This document shows, piece by piece, positions 44,186-46,200 of a DNA stretch of 46,200 bases. Numbering within the stretch: the stretch's first letter is position 1; the number at the start of each line of letters is the position of its first letter. The position numbers and the translations under genes were made by a program. The stretch lies in NCBI GenBank assembly GCA_049314435.1, contig JBMOFD010000003.1, forward strand, positions 1 through 46,200, read 5' to 3'. This stretch comes from Chlamydiia bacterium. Lineage in GTDB: Bacteria; Chlamydiota; Chlamydiia; Chlamydiales; JBMOFD01. The notes under the pieces were generated by a model. It ran no database searches and was not told where the DNA came from. It was given only the letters and a program-made list of their open reading frames with translations.

Positions 44186-45943
44186 CTAGGCCACCGTTGG
44201 CGGCGCTGGAAGCAGCTTAAAGTCGCGTACCTGCAGGTGGATTGCTGCCTTGCACTGCTGTGTGACCACGGTAGGTGTGAAGGCGACACGAATTCGCTCT
44301 CCCTTGCGTGAGAGCAGATTGCGCTTCTCCGCCATGTTGAAGGCGATCCCCTCGATGCAACGCTCCTCTTCCCCGAGGTAAAGGCGTAAATGTTGCTTGC
44401 CGATGACTCTAGCCCCTTGCTGCTGAGCTTCGCAGAATAGCACTGGGGATGGATTTTCATTCCCGAACGGCTCTAGAAGAGCCAATGACTCCATGAAATC
44501 AAAGGTGAGATCCCCCAGGGTAACATGAGCATCTAGGCGTAAACGAAAAGGCAGAAGATCATCTGCGAGTGACTTTTGAGCAGCATCCAAAAATCTCTGT
44601 TTAACCTCTTCAATCCGCGAGGCTTCAACGACCAGTCCCGCCGCATAATCGTGTCCGCCGTAGTTCACCAAGAGATCTCTCATCTCATGGAGCACCGGAA
44701 GAAGAGGGAACTCAGGGATCGTCCGAATGGAGCCTTTTCCGACCTGGTCCTCTACAGCAATCAAGCAGGTAGGACGGTTGTATTGCTTGGCCAGACGCGC
44801 GCTCAAGATAGGGATCACACCAGGGTGCCAGCGGGTCGAGCTCATGGCAATCGCCTTGCGAGTCAGAAGCTCAGGCTGTGCATCGAGGAGCTTGTCGAGC
44901 TCCTGTGACATGGCTCGCTCGATTTTCTGTCGCTGAAGATTATTGCGCTCCAGTTCCTTGGCCAGCGAGGTCGCCTTCTCTAGATCATGAGTGATCAAGA
45001 GCTCAACACCCTGTCTAGGATCAGCAATCCTACCCAGACTGTTCAGTCGAGGTGCCAGTTTGCTGACGATGTCGATGGAGGAGAGAGTCCCAGGATGGAG
45101 CTCACTCACCTCCATCAGCTGACGCAGACCAAGACGCTTTGTGTGATTCAGCTGCTTCAGACCATAACGGACCAGGATCCGATTCTCTCCCACAAGAGCG
45201 CCCATGTCTGCTACGGTGCCCAAAGCCACTAGGTCTAGGTACTCCTTGAGGTCGATGGTGCCCGGTTCCAGGCGCTTCAGCTCAAGAAGGTGCTGAGTTA
45301 AGGCATGGATCAGTTTGAAGGCAACGCCAACCCCTGTCAGATGGCGGTTGGGATATCCGCTGTCGACTGTTTTGGGGTTGAGGATCGCACAACAGCTCTG
45401 TACTCGGGACGTTGGCTCATGGTGGTCTGTAATGATGAGATCGACCTCGGCTGTCTTGAGAGCATGCACCTCGTCCTCTCGTGCCGTGATCCCACAGTCC
45501 ACCGTAATCAGCAGACGAAAGCCGCGTTCCTGAGCTAAATTACATGCGTCGGGAAGAACCGATCCGCTGAGCTTTTGCCTGTTGGGAAGCTGGAAATCGA
45601 CGATGCCACCGACCCGACTCAAGAAGTCCACAAGCAGAGCTGTTCCAGTCATGCCGTCTACGTCAGTATCGCCAAAGACAAGGATAGGCTCCTGGGCCTC
45701 GATCGCTCTGGTAATGCGATCGACGGCTAAGCGCATATCACTGAAGAGAAACGGGTCGGTCAGATCGGGGAGCTGGGCATAGAGAAACTGGTGGACCTGC
45801 TCAACGGTGGTGAGACCGCGAGCAACCAAAATACGCGCCACCACCGGATGGAGATAGAATTCTCGTTCAAAACGGGAGGCGAGCGCGGAATCCTCCTTCG
45901 GGAACATCCACAGGGGATCGCCCGGAGTCAGAGTATGGGACAT
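44186..45943 (-). CDS. recJ: Single-stranded-DNA-specific exonuclease RecJ
   Basis: GDTDVDG, ITVDCG, TDHH, GVGVAFKL, LGTVAD, APRLNSLGR, WHPGVI, KGSIR, YGGHDYAAG, LEPFGNENP. Confidence 0.98.
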   Translation of the reverse strand: MSHTLTPGDPLWMFPKEDSALASRFEREFYLHPVVARILVARGLTTVEQVHQFLYAQLPDLTDPFLFSDMRLAVDRITRAIEAQEPILVFGDTDVDGMTGTALLVDFLSRVGGIVDFQLPNRQKLSGSVLPDACNLAQERGFRLLITVDCGITAREDEVHALKTAEVDLIITDHHEPTSRVQSCCAILNPKTVDSGYPNRHLTGVGVAFKLIHALTQHLLELKRLEPGTIDLKEYLDLVALGTVADMGALVGENRILVRYGLKQLNHTKRLGLRQLMEVSELHPGTLSSIDIVSKLAPRLNSLGRIADPRQGVELLITHDLEKATSLAKELERNNLQRQKIERAMSQELDKLLDAQPELLTRKAIAMSSTRWHPGVIPILSARLAKQYNRPTCLIAVEDQVGKGSIRTIPEFPLLPVLHEMRDLLVNYGGHDYAAGLVVEASRIEEVKQRFLDAAQKSLADDLLPFRLRLDAHVTLGDLTFDFMESLALLEPFGNENPSPVLFCEAQQQGARVIGKQHLRLYLGEEERCIEGIAFNMAEKRNLLSRKGERIRVAFTPTVVTQQCKAAIHLQVRDFKLLPAPPTVA

Positions 45944-46123
45944 GAGACCTCATTGATGAAAACACCATCATAGGGACTCCCCACTTTCGGCCCACCAGAA
46001 AGAGAGCGCGCGGCAAGGTTTTTCTCTCGAGACACCGAGAGGCCGACTCTCCAGACCTCTTCAAGGGTCCGTCCAAAGCGACCCATGGACGAGAATCGCT
46101 CTCTGTGCGATCATGCCCTGCAT

Positions 46124-46200
46124 GCGGCTATGGCGGAATTGGCAGACGCGCTAGATTCAGGTTCTAGTCGGGGCAACCCGGTGGATGTTCGAGTCATCTT
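46124..46200 (+). tRNA. tRNA-Leu(CAG), 3' end cut off by the window edge
   Basis: GCGGCTA start, D arm GCGGAATTGGCAGACGC, anticodon arm CTAGA-TTCAGGT-TCTAG, variable arm CGGG-GCAA-CCCG, T arm GATG-TTCGAGT-CATC. Confidence 0.93.

Noticed and set aside
44059..44460. 133-aa minus-strand ORF overlapping the end of recJ
   Set aside because: Mostly an alternative frame of recJ, with no SD or motif
1..46200. Apparent abundance of GATC, CGATCG and CTAG words
   Set aside because: Visual impression only; it needs Markov-corrected k-mer counts that I cannot run

Overview
Chromosomal window from a member of the phylum Chlamydiota, probably an environmental lineage. The evidence is euo, a DUF2709 protein, an NTT/TLC nucleotide transporter, MurA with the Cys-to-Asp active site, and the rpsL-rpsG-fusA-rpsJ and rho-coaE-polA-sppA orders. 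ScpAB is present and GC is high for the phylum (about 55% in a spot count). Most of the window is housekeeping genes, plus tRNA-Ser(GCT) and a truncated tRNA-Leu(CAG). Main accessory items: (1) a 1689-aa protein with a duplicated effector-like N-terminus, an intact PPDK/PEP-synthase ATP-grasp domain and phosphohistidine domain, and about 1080 aa of unrecognised sequence in place of the pyruvate-binding barrel (candidate secreted dikinase with an unknown substrate); (2) a double-hairpin element in five copies, conserved in structure but divergent in sequence, each just after a stop codon in the same relative orientation; (3) an orphan AbiEi antitoxin with its operator intact; (4) structured non-coding regions (rpsL-rpsG spacer, npt, argS and euo leaders, the murA divergent region); (5) two more candidate effectors (a Ser-rich Inc-like protein and a membrane-anchored class 3 lipase). 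All calls are by eye from motifs and synteny; no database searches or folding programs were run.
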